This document shows, in pieces, positions 8,702 to 18,057 of a DNA stretch of 64,000 nucleotides (positions are counted from its first letter, which is position 1; the number at the start of each line of letters is the position of its first letter). This DNA comes from an uncultured Gemmatimonadota bacterium (GTDB lineage: Bacteria; GCA-2686955). The DNA lies in assembly GCA_964490075.1 (NCBI GenBank), contig CAZBBK010000023.1, positions 1 to 64,000 on the forward strand. Direction: 5' to 3'. Position numbers and translations under genes: made by a program. A model generated the notes under the pieces. The model was not told the origin of the DNA and did not search any database. It worked only from the letters and a program-made list of their open reading frames with translations.

Positions 8702-10924
8702 ATGTCCCGTGCCGCAAGCTATCGCCTCTCCAGCGCCTTCGGGGTGGCCGCTCTCTACGTCGTGGTCGGTGCCTTGCGCTGGAGCGAGCCCTTGCACGCG
8801 GGGGGATGGGTGGCTCTGCAGGGGCTCTTCACGGTTTTGGTCTACGGCAACTTGTTGGCCTTGTTGGTGGAGGCGCTGGCGCTGGCGCTGCGTCCCTTCA
8901 CGCGGCGCGAGGGACCGCGAACCTGGTTGCCGGTGGGGCTGATCGCGTTCGCGGTGGCGACCGGCGAGCTGGCGGTGCGCAGCAATCTCGAGCTGCCGCC
9001 CCTGATCGGGCTGGGCGACTCGTTGCGCCTGGTCCTGCTGGCCAAGGCGGCAGCCGGCGGTGCGGCGGCGGTGCTGGTAGTGGGGATCGTTCCGTGGTGG
9101 CTCATGCGCCGCGGCGCGAAGACCGGCGCCTCTCGGGGAAGCGGCACGCTCGGCCGCAACCTGGTCTGGATCCAGGCGGTCCTGGTCGCGCTGGTGCTCG
9201 GCGTGTCGCACGCGCGGCTCGGAACCGAAGCGGCGAGCGACTCGCCGAACGCCCCTCTGGCCCCCTTGCCCGGGCGCGGGCTGGCGCTGGTCTGCGTCGA
9301 CGCCGCCTACTGGGAGATCGTCGACGAGCTGATCGACGAGGGCCGGCTGCCGAGCTTCGCGGCGCTCCGGGAGCGCGGCGCCTGGGGGCATCTGATCACC
9401 TACGGCAAACGCCTGTCGCCGATCGTCTGGACCACCCTGGTGACCGGGGTGAAGGTCGAGAAGCACGGCGTCGCCGGGTGGACCGAGCCGAGCGCCGACG
9501 GCAGCCGCACCGTGGTGGTGCCCTCGACCTCGCGCAACGCCGCGGCGCTGTGGAACGTCGCCGACGCGGCCGGGCTCTCGTCGCTGGTGCTCAACTGGCT
9601 GATCACCGCGCCGCCCGAGACGATTGAGGGAGCGGTGATCCCCGACCTCGACCGGGTCTTTCTCGGGTCGACCCCGGCGACCCATCCGGCGCCGCTGGCC
9701 GAGGCGGTGATGCAGGAGTACCAGGCGGCGGGCTACGTGCACGGCGACCCCGCGGCCGAGCCCTTGCAGCTGGTCGACCTGGTGGGCCGGGTCTACCAGA
9801 TGGCGACCGAGCTGCGCGACTACGACCTGGTGGTGCTCGGCACCCAGGCCACCGATCACGTGCAGCACCGCTACTTCCTGCACCGCTACCCCGAGCTCTT
9901 CGACGACGCGGTGTGGGACAAGGACCCGGACCAGATGCGGCGTTTCCGCGACCTGATCGCGCGTACCTACGAGCAGGTCGACGAGCTGCTGGGGCTCCTG
10001 TTGGCCGACGGTCGGCCGATCGTGGTGGTCTCCGATCACGGCGCCCGGGCCCAGACCGAGGCCCAGGCGGTGTTCAACTTCAACGCCCTCTTCGAGGACA
10101 TGGGCGTGGCGCGCTGTCTGCCGCACGAGTCGGGAAAGCGAACCGGCAAGCACGATCCGGGCGCGTCGGTGGTGTTCGCGGTCGGCAACGACGCCTACCA
10201 CAACGACCTGGCCTTCTTCGCCCAGGATCCGCCGGCGCCGGGGATCGCGGCGGCCGATCTCGATGCGGTGTTCGCGGAGCTGCGTGGCCTGCGCGTAGCC
10301 GAGACCGACGATCTCTTTTTCCGCGAGGTGGTCGACCTGCGCGGCGACTCGACGCCGGGCGGCCACCGGCGCCACAAGAAACGCGGCGCGATCGGGGTGG
10401 CGGTGATGGCCAGCGTGCTGCGCCAGTCGCCGCGCGCTCGCAGCGCGTTGGTGGGGGGGAAGAGCCACCCTCTGAGCGACTACGTGGTGGTGCGCCAGAA
10501 CATCAACGGCAGTCACTCTCCGCGCGGCGTCTTCCTGTTCTCGGGGGGCGACTTCCCGGCCGCCGGAGCGATCGACAAAGTGTGTCTCGATACATCGTTC
10601 TCAGAGCTGCTGCGTTACCTGGTCGGCACCGTGCCCGCACTAGATCCCCTGGTCGCCGCCGCGCGTCTCGCCGGAATCATGGATCCCTACACCACCCTCG
10701 ACATCATGCCGACCCTGCTCTCCTACCTCGGGCTGCCGATTGCTCGCGACATGGACGGCGGCATCATGGGCGCGGTGCTGCGCGGCACCGAGCACGCCCG
10801 CGTGGCCCGCGCCAGCTACGCCGACCTGATCGCGGCAACCCGCGCAAACGCCGCGGCGCCCCAGAGCGACGAGGAGAACGAGCGGGTGCTGGAGCAGCTC
10901 AGGGCGCTGGGGTATGTGAACTGA
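8702..10924 (+). CDS. Membrane-anchored alkaline phosphatase / nucleotide pyrophosphatase family protein
   Basis: About 5 N-terminal TM helices; LVCVDAA, LSPIVWTTLVTG, TDHVQH, VVSDHG, GSHSPRG, DIMPTLL; C-terminal LRALGY. Confidence 0.8.
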   Translation: MSRAASYRLSSAFGVAALYVVVGALRWSEPLHAGGWVALQGLFTVLVYGNLLALLVEALALALRPFTRREGPRTWLPVGLIAFAVATGELAVRSNLELPPLIGLGDSLRLVLLAKAAAGGAAAVLVVGIVPWWLMRRGAKTGASRGSGTLGRNLVWIQAVLVALVLGVSHARLGTEAASDSPNAPLAPLPGRGLALVCVDAAYWEIVDELIDEGRLPSFAALRERGAWGHLITYGKRLSPIVWTTLVTGVKVEKHGVAGWTEPSADGSRTVVVPSTSRNAAALWNVADAAGLSSLVLNWLITAPPETIEGAVIPDLDRVFLGSTPATHPAPLAEAVMQEYQAAGYVHGDPAAEPLQLVDLVGRVYQMATELRDYDLVVLGTQATDHVQHRYFLHRYPELFDDAVWDKDPDQMRRFRDLIARTYEQVDELLGLLLADGRPIVVVSDHGARAQTEAQAVFNFNALFEDMGVARCLPHESGKRTGKHDPGASVVFAVGNDAYHNDLAFFAQDPPAPGIAAADLDAVFAELRGLRVAETDDLFFREVVDLRGDSTPGGHRRHKKRGAIGVAVMASVLRQSPRARSALVGGKSHPLSDYVVVRQNINGSHSPRGVFLFSGGDFPAAGAIDKVCLDTSFSELLRYLVGTVPALDPLVAAARLAGIMDPYTTLDIMPTLLSYLGLPIARDMDGGIMGAVLRGTEHARVARASYADLIAATRANAAAPQSDEENERVLEQLRALGYVN

Positions 10925-10964
10925 TCACAGCGCCCCCGCTTGGGGCGGTTCCGCACGAACCGTG

Positions 10965-11276
10965 TCATTCATAGACCGCCACTCCTCTTTCGGTGCTCTC
11001 GCGTGCCAGTGTGTTGGCGACGTGCTTTTGATGTTTCAGCTCGTCGGGCGTCAACACGAAGAGGTCCAGCGCCAGCTCGGCGGGTTCCAGGAGGCGCCTG
11101 ATGTCGAGCTTGATCTGTTGCTTGGAGTGCTCCCCGTCGCCTACGACGCCCAGGTCGAGGTCGCTTTCCGAGGCGGCCTTGCCCGATGCGCGCGAACCGA
11201 AGAGGATGATCTGCCGTGGTCGGATTCCCGCGCCCATGGTCTGGACCCTTCGTTCCACGATCGGATCAGTGTTCAT
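10965..11276 (-). CDS. Minimal nucleotidyltransferase (MNT, MntA-type antitoxin family)
   Basis: IILFGSRASG..SESDLDL and LDLFVLTPDE; ~103 aa. Confidence 0.85.
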   Translation of the reverse strand: MNTDPIVERRVQTMGAGIRPRQIILFGSRASGKAASESDLDLGVVGDGEHSKQQIKLDIRRLLEPAELALDLFVLTPDELKHQKHVANTLARESTERGVAVYE

Positions 11277-11357
11277 GCGGATCTGCTCCACGGCCGCATT
11301 CGGGTTGCAGAGAACGGCGGATCCAAGACTACCCCTTTCGGTCTCCCCGCTCCCGCG

Positions 11358-11648
11358 TCAATCCGGCGCAGGCCGGAACCCGGCCCCCAACCAGCTCACC
11401 AACACCACCGGAATCACCCCGAGCTCGAAGAGCCCCAGCAGCGCCCCGGCTGCGCCCCAGGCGACAGGATTGCGGCCCCCGATCGCCGCGGCGACCAGGC
11501 ACCACCCGGCGCTCGCCGATGCCAGCGCGGCGAGCGCCAGGGCGGGGCTGGTGTCGGCCAGCAGCGGCAGCACCGCCAGCCAGAGCACGAGGTAGACGAT
11601 CGGGCCGGCCACCAGAGCGGAGCGAGAGAAGCGGCTTTTGGCGTGCAC
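11358..11648 (-). CDS. Small hypothetical membrane protein (3 TM)
   Basis: GGAGG RBS before GTG; hydrophobic throughout; follows the aldehyde dehydrogenase gene. Confidence 0.55.
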   Translation of the reverse strand: MHAKSRFSRSALVAGPIVYLVLWLAVLPLLADTSPALALAALASASAGWCLVAAAIGGRNPVAWGAAGALLGLFELGVIPVVLVSWLGAGFRPAPD

Positions 11649-11687
11649 GGCTTCCTCCCGGTGGCCGGCGCGCTTCGGCGCCGATCC

Positions 11688-13100
11688 TCAGAGGTTGAAG
11701 CAGACCACCTTCGGTTCGGTCATCTCCTGCAGCGCGAAGCGAATCCCCTCGCGCCCCAGGCCGCTCTTCTTGACGCCGCCGAAGGGCATCAGGTCGACGC
11801 GGTAGTCGCTCGAGTCGTTGACCATGATGCCGCCGACGTCCATGTGCCGGATGGCGTAGAAGGCTCGGTTCAGGTCGCGGGTGAAGATCGCGCCGTGTAG
11901 GCCGACGTCGACAGAGTTGGCCTTGTCGATCGCGTCGTCAAGGCTGTCGTAGGGTTCCAGCGTGACCGCCGGACCGAACACCTCCTGGCAGGCCAGCTTG
12001 GCGTGGGCCGGGACCTGCTCCAGCACCGTCGGCTGCACCAGCGTTCCCTCGCGGGTGCCGCCGCAGAGCACGCGCGCACCCAGCGCCTTCGCCTCCTCGA
12101 CCCAGTCGATCACCCGCGCCGCTTCGCTCTCGGTGATCATCGGTCCCATGTCGGTCCCCTCGTCGAGCTGGCGGCCGACCTTGTAGCGCCGCGTGCGCTC
12201 CACGAAAGCGTCGCGGAAGCGCTCGTAGATCGCCTCCTGCACCAGAACGCGTTGCACCCCGATGCAGTTCTGTCCGACCGCCCAGAACGCGCCCGAGACG
12301 CAGCTTTCCACCGCCTGCTCCAGATCGCAGTCATCGGCCACGATCGCCGGCGCGTTGCCGCCCAGCTCCATGCCGATCTTCTTCAGGCCGGCCAGCTTGG
12401 CGATTCGCTCCCCGGCCTCGACGCCGCCCGTGAACGACACCATTCGCACCCGCTCGTCGCGCACCAGCGCTTCGCCGATCTCGCCACCCGGTCCGGTGAC
12501 GACATTCAGCACCTCGCCCGGCAGCCCCGCGTCGAGCAGCACCTCGGCCAGCTTCAGCGCCGAGAGCGGAGTGACCGTGGCCGGCTTGAGCACCACCGAG
12601 TTGCCGCCGGCGATCGCCGGCCCCAGCTTGTGCGCGACCAGGTTGAGCGGATCGTTGAAGGGGGTGATGGCGGCGATGATGCCGATCGGGAAACGGAAGT
12701 AGTAGCCGACACGGTTCTCGGAGCCTTCGGCGCTGTCGAAGGGCAGGGTTTCGCCGTTGATGCGGCGCGCCTCTTCGGCCGAGATGGTCATGGTGTTGAT
12801 CGCCCGGCCGACCTCCTTGCGCGCTTCGGCGATCGTCTTCGATCCTTCCGAGGCGATGGTCTGGGCCAGCTCCTCGTAGCGGTCCCGCATCAGCTCGGCG
12901 GCCCGGTAGAGGATGCTGATCCGCCGGTGCGCTGGCAGGTCGCGGTTGATCTGGTAGCCGCGCTGCGCCGCGGCGAGGGCCTGGTCGACGTCGTCAGCGG
13001 TGCCGCGCGGCACCCTGTCTACCAGCGATCCGTCGAAGGGGTTGAGGACGTCGATCGTCTCTTCTTTGGCGATCCACTCGCCGCCAATCAGCATCTTCAT
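11688..13100 (-). CDS. NAD(P)-dependent aldehyde dehydrogenase
   Basis: ITPFNDP, KPA, SFTGG, MELGGN (catalytic Glu), GQNCIG (catalytic Cys), EVFGP, PFGGVKKSGLGREG. Confidence 0.95.
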   Translation of the reverse strand: MKMLIGGEWIAKEETIDVLNPFDGSLVDRVPRGTADDVDQALAAAQRGYQINRDLPAHRRISILYRAAELMRDRYEELAQTIASEGSKTIAEARKEVGRAINTMTISAEEARRINGETLPFDSAEGSENRVGYYFRFPIGIIAAITPFNDPLNLVAHKLGPAIAGGNSVVLKPATVTPLSALKLAEVLLDAGLPGEVLNVVTGPGGEIGEALVRDERVRMVSFTGGVEAGERIAKLAGLKKIGMELGGNAPAIVADDCDLEQAVESCVSGAFWAVGQNCIGVQRVLVQEAIYERFRDAFVERTRRYKVGRQLDEGTDMGPMITESEAARVIDWVEEAKALGARVLCGGTREGTLVQPTVLEQVPAHAKLACQEVFGPAVTLEPYDSLDDAIDKANSVDVGLHGAIFTRDLNRAFYAIRHMDVGGIMVNDSSDYRVDLMPFGGVKKSGLGREGIRFALQEMTEPKVVCFNL

Positions 13101-14152
13101 CGCACTCCGCCCTTACTCTCGTTGTGAATCTCGATGATGTCGGTCAGAATCGAAAAACCTGTCTCCAGCCGGCCGGCGCCCGGGCCCACGATGGTCACGT
13201 CGCCCAGCAGATCGGTGCTGAAGGTCAAGGCGTTGGTGGCGCCCATGATCCCCGCCAGTGGATGGCTCAGTGGCACCATCTCCGGCTGCACCGAGGCGCG
13301 CACCCCACCGGCGCAGCGCTCGACGCTGCCCAGGAGCTTCCAGCGCGCCCCCTTGGCGCGCGCCTCGTCGATCATGTCGAGGCTGATCTCGGTGATCCCC
13401 TCGCGCTGCACGTCGGCGGCGCTGATCGGCACGCCGAGCACCACGTTCGCCAGGATCACCACCTTGGCCATGGCGTCGAAGCCCTCCACGTCGCCGGTCG
13501 GATCGGCCTCGGCGTAGCCCAGCTCCTGGGCACGGGTGAGCACCTCGTCGAAGGCCGCACCCTGCTCCATCTCCGAGAGAATGTAGTTGGTGGTGCCGTT
13601 GAGGATGCCGCGCGCCGCGCGGATCTCGCAGCCGGCCAAGGGTCCCTCGCACAGATTGAGCACCGGAGTTCCGGCCATCACCGTGCCCTCGATCTTGAAG
13701 CGGGCGCCGTGGCCGCGCGCCAGGGCGCTGAGCTCGGCGTAGCGCAGCGAGGCCGGGCCCTTGTTGCTGGTGACTATGTTCTTGCCGGCCTCGAAGGCCG
13801 CGCGGCAGTGTGAGATGGCCGGCTCGCCGGTCTCCACGTCGGTGAAGGAGAGCTCGCAGACCGTGTCGGCGTTGGTCTCGGACGCGCTGCGCAACGCGTC
13901 CCAGCCCTTGTGCAAATCGCCGGGGCCCTGGTACTCCTCCAGCGAGCGTCCCCCTTTGGCGAGCTCCAGAAGTGTCGTGACCTTGAGCCCATCGGCGCAG
14001 TAGACCGAGCCCTTGATGAAGTCGGATACCGCCACTACGCGCCAGTCGAAGCCGTAGCGCTCGCGTAGCATTTCGTGCTTGGCTTCCAGAATCTCGCACA
14101 GGCCTTGGCCGACCGTTCCGAAGCCGATCAGCGCCAGTTTGTGTACCATCAT
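13097..14152 (-). CDS. hom: Homoserine dehydrogenase (short form, no ACT domain)
   Basis: LIGFGTVGQG Rossmann motif, VTSNKGP, EGTVMAGTP, GILNGTTNYIL, LGYAEADPTGDVEGFDAMAK, GPGAG..T; true start MMVHKL at 14152. Confidence 0.93.
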   Translation of the reverse strand: MMVHKLALIGFGTVGQGLCEILEAKHEMLRERYGFDWRVVAVSDFIKGSVYCADGLKVTTLLELAKGGRSLEEYQGPGDLHKGWDALRSASETNADTVCELSFTDVETGEPAISHCRAAFEAGKNIVTSNKGPASLRYAELSALARGHGARFKIEGTVMAGTPVLNLCEGPLAGCEIRAARGILNGTTNYILSEMEQGAAFDEVLTRAQELGYAEADPTGDVEGFDAMAKVVILANVVLGVPISAADVQREGITEISLDMIDEARAKGARWKLLGSVERCAGGVRASVQPEMVPLSHPLAGIMGATNALTFSTDLLGDVTIVGPGAGRLETGFSILTDIIEIHNESKGGVR

Positions 14153-14166
14153 CGTTTCCTTCGCAA

Positions 14167-15585
14167 TTAGCCGATCGCGCTCAGCGCTCGATCGAGGTCG
14201 GTGATCACGTCGTCGACGTGCTCGATACCCACCGAAATGCGTACATAGTTCGGCTGGATCGCCGCCAGTGCGCGGCCTTCGTCGCCCTGCTGCTGGTGGG
14301 TCGAGATCGCAGGTAAAGTGGCGACCGACTTCACCCGTCCCAGATCGGTGGCGCGCCAGAACATGCGCAAATTGTCGTAGAAGGTGCGGGTATTGAGCGG
14401 ATTGAAAGGATCGTCTTCGGCCACCTCGAAGGCCATCATGTAGCCGTAGAGGTTCTCGCGCCCGGTGGGGTCGTGCTCGCTGTCGACCAGCGCAAGGTAC
14501 TTGTCGGCGATCGAGGCCTGGGCATGGCTCGGCAACCCTGGGTAGTGGATGCTGGCCACCTTGGGGTGCTCTTCGAGGAAGCGCGCGACCTGCAGCGCCG
14601 AGCGGCTCATGTGGGCCACCCGGGCGCGCAGCGAGCGGATCTCGTTGAGGGCCAGGATGGCGCTCATGGGGCTGATCGCCGGACCGTTGTCGCGGTAGGG
14701 GAGGAGCTTCACCCAGGAGGCGAAGTCCTCGCGCATCTCGTCGGGGCCGACGCGGCTCGGCAGCCCCTTCTTGGCGGTCATCGTGCCCGAGATCGCCATG
14801 CCGCTGGCCACCATCACCTTGGAGGCCGACTGCACGACGATGTCGGCGCCGAACTGCAGCGGCCTGAGCAGCGCCGGAGAGGCGCAGGTGCTGTCGACGA
14901 TCAAGGGAATACCGTGGTCGTGGGCCAGCGCGGCGATCTTCTCGATGTCGAAGAGCGCCACCGCGGGATTGGAAGGCATCTCGCCGTAGAGAAAGCGGGT
15001 GCCGGCGTCGATCTGCGACCTCCACTCGTCCATGTCGAGATTGTCGGTGATCCAGCGCACCTCGATTCCCTTGTCCTCCATCTGGCGCTTGGAGAACTGC
15101 TGAAAAGTGCCGCCATAGACCCGCGAGGTAGAAACGAAATTCGGTGGCGGCAGAGTGGAGTCACGCACCAGGAAGGGCTCGATGGCGCTTCGAATGGCGC
15201 TCATGCCGCTGGCGCAGGCGACGCACCCGGCCTCTGCATCGCTGCCGTAGCTCTCCAGCAACGCCACCGTCTCCTCCAGGAAGAACGACGAGGGATTGGC
15301 GATGCGGGTGTAGGTCCACGAAGGCATCTGGTAGGCCAGCGCCACCTCCATCTCGTCGTAGTCGTGGAAGGCCTGCGCCGGGCTCATGTAGATCGGCTCC
15401 ATGATCGAGCCGTTGTTGAGACTGGAGGCCTGCTCGAAGTCGTAGAGACCGTGGGTGGCGATGGTGTCGAACTTCCACTGGCGGGTGCGGGCGATGCGCC
15501 GTGCCCGATCGGACGCGATCCTCTTCCCCTCCTGGATCCAGTGTTTCAGTCCGCGTTCGTGGTCGGGATACCCTTGCATGCTCAT
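14167..15585 (-). CDS. PLP-dependent Cys/Met metabolism (trans-sulfuration, gamma-lyase/sulfhydrylase) family enzyme
   Basis: YTRIANP, ASGMSA, YGGT, EMPSNP, IVDST, QSASK (PLP lysine), HYPGL, DLG, VRISVGIE. Confidence 0.9.
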   Translation of the reverse strand: MSMQGYPDHERGLKHWIQEGKRIASDRARRIARTRQWKFDTIATHGLYDFEQASSLNNGSIMEPIYMSPAQAFHDYDEMEVALAYQMPSWTYTRIANPSSFFLEETVALLESYGSDAEAGCVACASGMSAIRSAIEPFLVRDSTLPPPNFVSTSRVYGGTFQQFSKRQMEDKGIEVRWITDNLDMDEWRSQIDAGTRFLYGEMPSNPAVALFDIEKIAALAHDHGIPLIVDSTCASPALLRPLQFGADIVVQSASKVMVASGMAISGTMTAKKGLPSRVGPDEMREDFASWVKLLPYRDNGPAISPMSAILALNEIRSLRARVAHMSRSALQVARFLEEHPKVASIHYPGLPSHAQASIADKYLALVDSEHDPTGRENLYGYMMAFEVAEDDPFNPLNTRTFYDNLRMFWRATDLGRVKSVATLPAISTHQQQGDEGRALAAIQPNYVRISVGIEHVDDVITDLDRALSAIG

Positions 15586-16094
15586 GCCGATTCCTCTTCG
15601 ATCGGTAGGCTGGTTTCGTGTTTCATGGTGGAGAGCACCACCAGCGTTTTGAGGTTTTGAACGTCCGGAAGCGCGGTGAGGCGGTTCAGGATCAGCTCCT
15701 CGTAGGCCGGAATGTCGCGAGTGGCGATCTTCAGCAGGAAGTCGGCGTCACCGGTGATGTGATGACACTCGAGCACCTCGTCCATCGAGGTGATCTGGCG
15801 CACGAAGCGCTGCACCGCTTCGTTTCCGTGGCGGCTCAAGCTGACCTCCACGTAGGTGAAGCAGCGCATGCCGATCAGCGCCGGCTCCACCAGCGCGGCA
15901 TAGCGCCGGATCACTCCGGCCCGCTCCAGCTTCTTGACCCGTTCCAGCACCGAGGGGGGCGAGAGGCCCACGCGCTGCGCCAGCTCGGCGTTGGTGATCC
16001 GCCCCTCGGCCTGCAGCGCGACCAGGATCTTGCGATCGGTCCGGTCCATGCGGGCGGGTGGGGGCGGAGTGGGGGCGGGTGTGTGGGTTGCCAT
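15582..16094 (-). CDS. Lrp/AsnC family transcriptional regulator
   Basis: MDRTDRKILVALQAEGRITNAELAQRVGLS HTH; RAM domain ECHHITGDADFLLK. Confidence 0.95.
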   Translation of the reverse strand: MATHTPAPTPPPPARMDRTDRKILVALQAEGRITNAELAQRVGLSPPSVLERVKKLERAGVIRRYAALVEPALIGMRCFTYVEVSLSRHGNEAVQRFVRQITSMDEVLECHHITGDADFLLKIATRDIPAYEELILNRLTALPDVQNLKTLVVLSTMKHETSLPIEEESA

Positions 16095-16126
16095 TGGCGC
16101 AGCCTCTGCCTCGTATAATTAGGCAA

Positions 16127-16156
16127 AGACTAGCATAAAGACGAATGTTCTGTCGA
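16127..16156 (-). promoter_or_regulatory. Putative sigma70 promoter of the lrp operon
   Basis: Minus strand TCGACA-N18-TAGTCT with extended -10 TGn, in an AT-rich intergenic stretch. Confidence 0.45.
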
Positions 16157-16193
16157 GAGCTGAGTAGAATGCCGACGAATATTTGTCGACCGA

Positions 16194-16676
16194 CTACTTC
16201 CGCTTTCGCTTCCGCCGCCCCTTGCGGGCCTGGCGCGGCGGCGCCTGGAACACCAGTCGCTCGCTGCCGCGGCCCATCAACCAGTAGGCGGCGAAGAGCC
16301 CGATGCCGAGCGTGGCGACCCCGGTCAGCAGGACTCCGAGCAGCTGTACCACTCCCGAAAGTCGATAGAGGCCGTAGCCGCGTGGCTTGCGCCCGGTGGT
16401 CTGCCAGTGGCGCAGCAGCCGGGCGTCGGATCCGCCGCGCAAATGGGTGCCGGCCAACACGATGCCCGGAATCAGGCCGAGCGTGAGCTGGAGCGCGGCG
16501 GCGCGCGTGACCGACATCTCTTCATCGCGCGGCGAGCGTGCGACCTGGGCCCAGACCTGCCGCCGGGCGGCATCGGCCCCACGGTCGTGCAGCAGGCCCG
16601 GTCGCTTGCCGCGATAGGCCGAGCGCAGCAGCTCGCTGCGGGCGCGGAGGGTCTGGGGCGGGGCGGGGTTCGGCAC
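16194..16676 (-). CDS. Hypothetical membrane protein
   Basis: GGAG RBS before GTG; two hydrophobic segments; basic C-terminal tail. Confidence 0.5.
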   Translation of the reverse strand: MPNPAPPQTLRARSELLRSAYRGKRPGLLHDRGADAARRQVWAQVARSPRDEEMSVTRAAALQLTLGLIPGIVLAGTHLRGGSDARLLRHWQTTGRKPRGYGLYRLSGVVQLLGVLLTGVATLGIGLFAAYWLMGRGSERLVFQAPPRQARKGRRKRKRK

Positions 16677-16829
16677 GGGGAGGCTCCGCCCTTATCATCG
16701 TCATGGGTGCGAGGGGGGCTTGAGCGGCCCTGGGGTGAGATCCGCACGCGTGGATTCGCCTTGCTACTCGGCCACATGGCAGTTATGTTCAAGCCAGATG
16801 GCCGCACCTGGGAAGGGAGGAGAAGCCCC

Positions 16830-17324
16830 ATGACTCAGTTCTTGCCGACTCCAGGCGCCAACCCGCCGGGGATTGAACGTTTCACCGAGTTGCTTCGCGG
16901 CGGCGAGCTCGCGGGGCATAGCCATGTGGTCCTGCTGGGGCTGCGCACCTTCGACACGGCGCGGCTGGTTCAGAAGATCAATGCCGGGTTCTCGTTCCAG
17001 GCGCTGGAGCGCTTCTCCCGCAACAGCGAGCTTTCCAAGGAGGAGCTGGCGCGCCTGGTTCACATCCCGGTCAGGACTCTGAGCCGCCGCAAACGCCAGG
17101 GCCGCCTGCTCCCCGATGAATCCGATCGCCTGCTGCGGATTTCCCGGGTCTTCGCCTGCGCGCTGGCCCTCTTCGAGGGAGACCGCCACGCCGCGCGCGA
17201 GTGGTTGGCCACGGCTCGAGAAGCGTTCGGCGGCAACTCGGCGCTGGAGTTCGCCGGCACGGAGATCGGCGCGCGTGAGGTGGAAGCTCTGATCGGCAGA
17301 CTCGAGTACGGCATCCCGACGTGA
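16830..17324 (+). CDS. Xre/MbcA/ParS-type antitoxin
   Basis: GGGAGGAG RBS; HTH region IPVRTLSRRK..GRL.PDESDRLLR; C-terminus AREWL...GAREVEALIGRLEYG. Confidence 0.9.
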   Translation: MTQFLPTPGANPPGIERFTELLRGGELAGHSHVVLLGLRTFDTARLVQKINAGFSFQALERFSRNSELSKEELARLVHIPVRTLSRRKRQGRLLPDESDRLLRISRVFACALALFEGDRHAAREWLATAREAFGGNSALEFAGTEIGAREVEALIGRLEYGIPT

Positions 17325-17788
17325 CCCGGGCCTGGCGCGTCGTCAAGACCAAGTACACCACACACGCGCTGACCGGCGAAGGTGCCCGTCTCTATGGTGG
17401 GCGCTGGACCAGTCCGGGGATTCGAGTCATCCATGCGTCTGATTCGCTGTCTTTGGCGATGCTCGAAATCCTGGTGCATCTACCCGTGCCCGGCCTGTTG
17501 GCCCATTACTCCTACTTCACTTTCGATCTCGCGACATCCGAGATCGCGAGCATCGAAGATCTGGCGACACTTCCGTCCAGCTGGCGCGACTCCCCACCTC
17601 CCGCGGAGCTGCGCCTGGCCGGGAATCGCTGGGTGCGCGAAGGATCCGCGCTGGCGCTGCGTGTCCCCAGCGCAATCGTCCCAGGCCAGTCCAACTTCCT
17701 CCTCAACCCACTCATGGGCGGCTTCTCGAGCATAGCGGTCCAGGGTCCCATCGAGCTCGACCTGGACGATCGTCTGATCGGCCGGTAG
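17321..17788 (+). CDS. RES-domain toxin (NAD+ phosphorylase family)
   Basis: AWR, GEGARLYGGRW, SLAMLEILVH, LRVPSAIVP, NFLLNP; GTGA overlap with the antitoxin. Confidence 0.9.
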   Translation: MTRAWRVVKTKYTTHALTGEGARLYGGRWTSPGIRVIHASDSLSLAMLEILVHLPVPGLLAHYSYFTFDLATSEIASIEDLATLPSSWRDSPPPAELRLAGNRWVREGSALALRVPSAIVPGQSNFLLNPLMGGFSSIAVQGPIELDLDDRLIGR

Positions 17789-18057
17789 TGGGGCTTCGGC
17801 AGCGCATCGAGCTCAACTTGCGCCGGAGTCCAGCTCTCCCGCCCGTTCCGGGAGGCTGATGATCGAGGCGGTGGGGTCGATCCGGTGTTCGTGGCGGGGT
17901 CCGGCATGGGGCGGGCTCCGTATTCATCATCAGGTCGTGCCCGAGGGACCATGTCCGGGGCTCTGAAATGGCTGTTGCGCGCTCCGAAGGAAGCGCCATC
18001 CGGAGCGTGAGCTCAGAGGCTTGATCCGCCTCATGACTTCCGAGTAGTATTCCGAGC

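Noticed and set aside
13097-15025. Long N-terminal extensions in the ORF track for hom (and likewise cca, helicase, MTase, NUDIX, permease)
   Set aside because: Extensions overlap upstream genes in other frames; internal starts with RBS or stop-start overlaps fit better
17790-18040. Spacer between the RES toxin and Schlafen gene as a gene fragment or att site
   Set aside because: No recognisable protein motif and no matching repeat at the other end of the island
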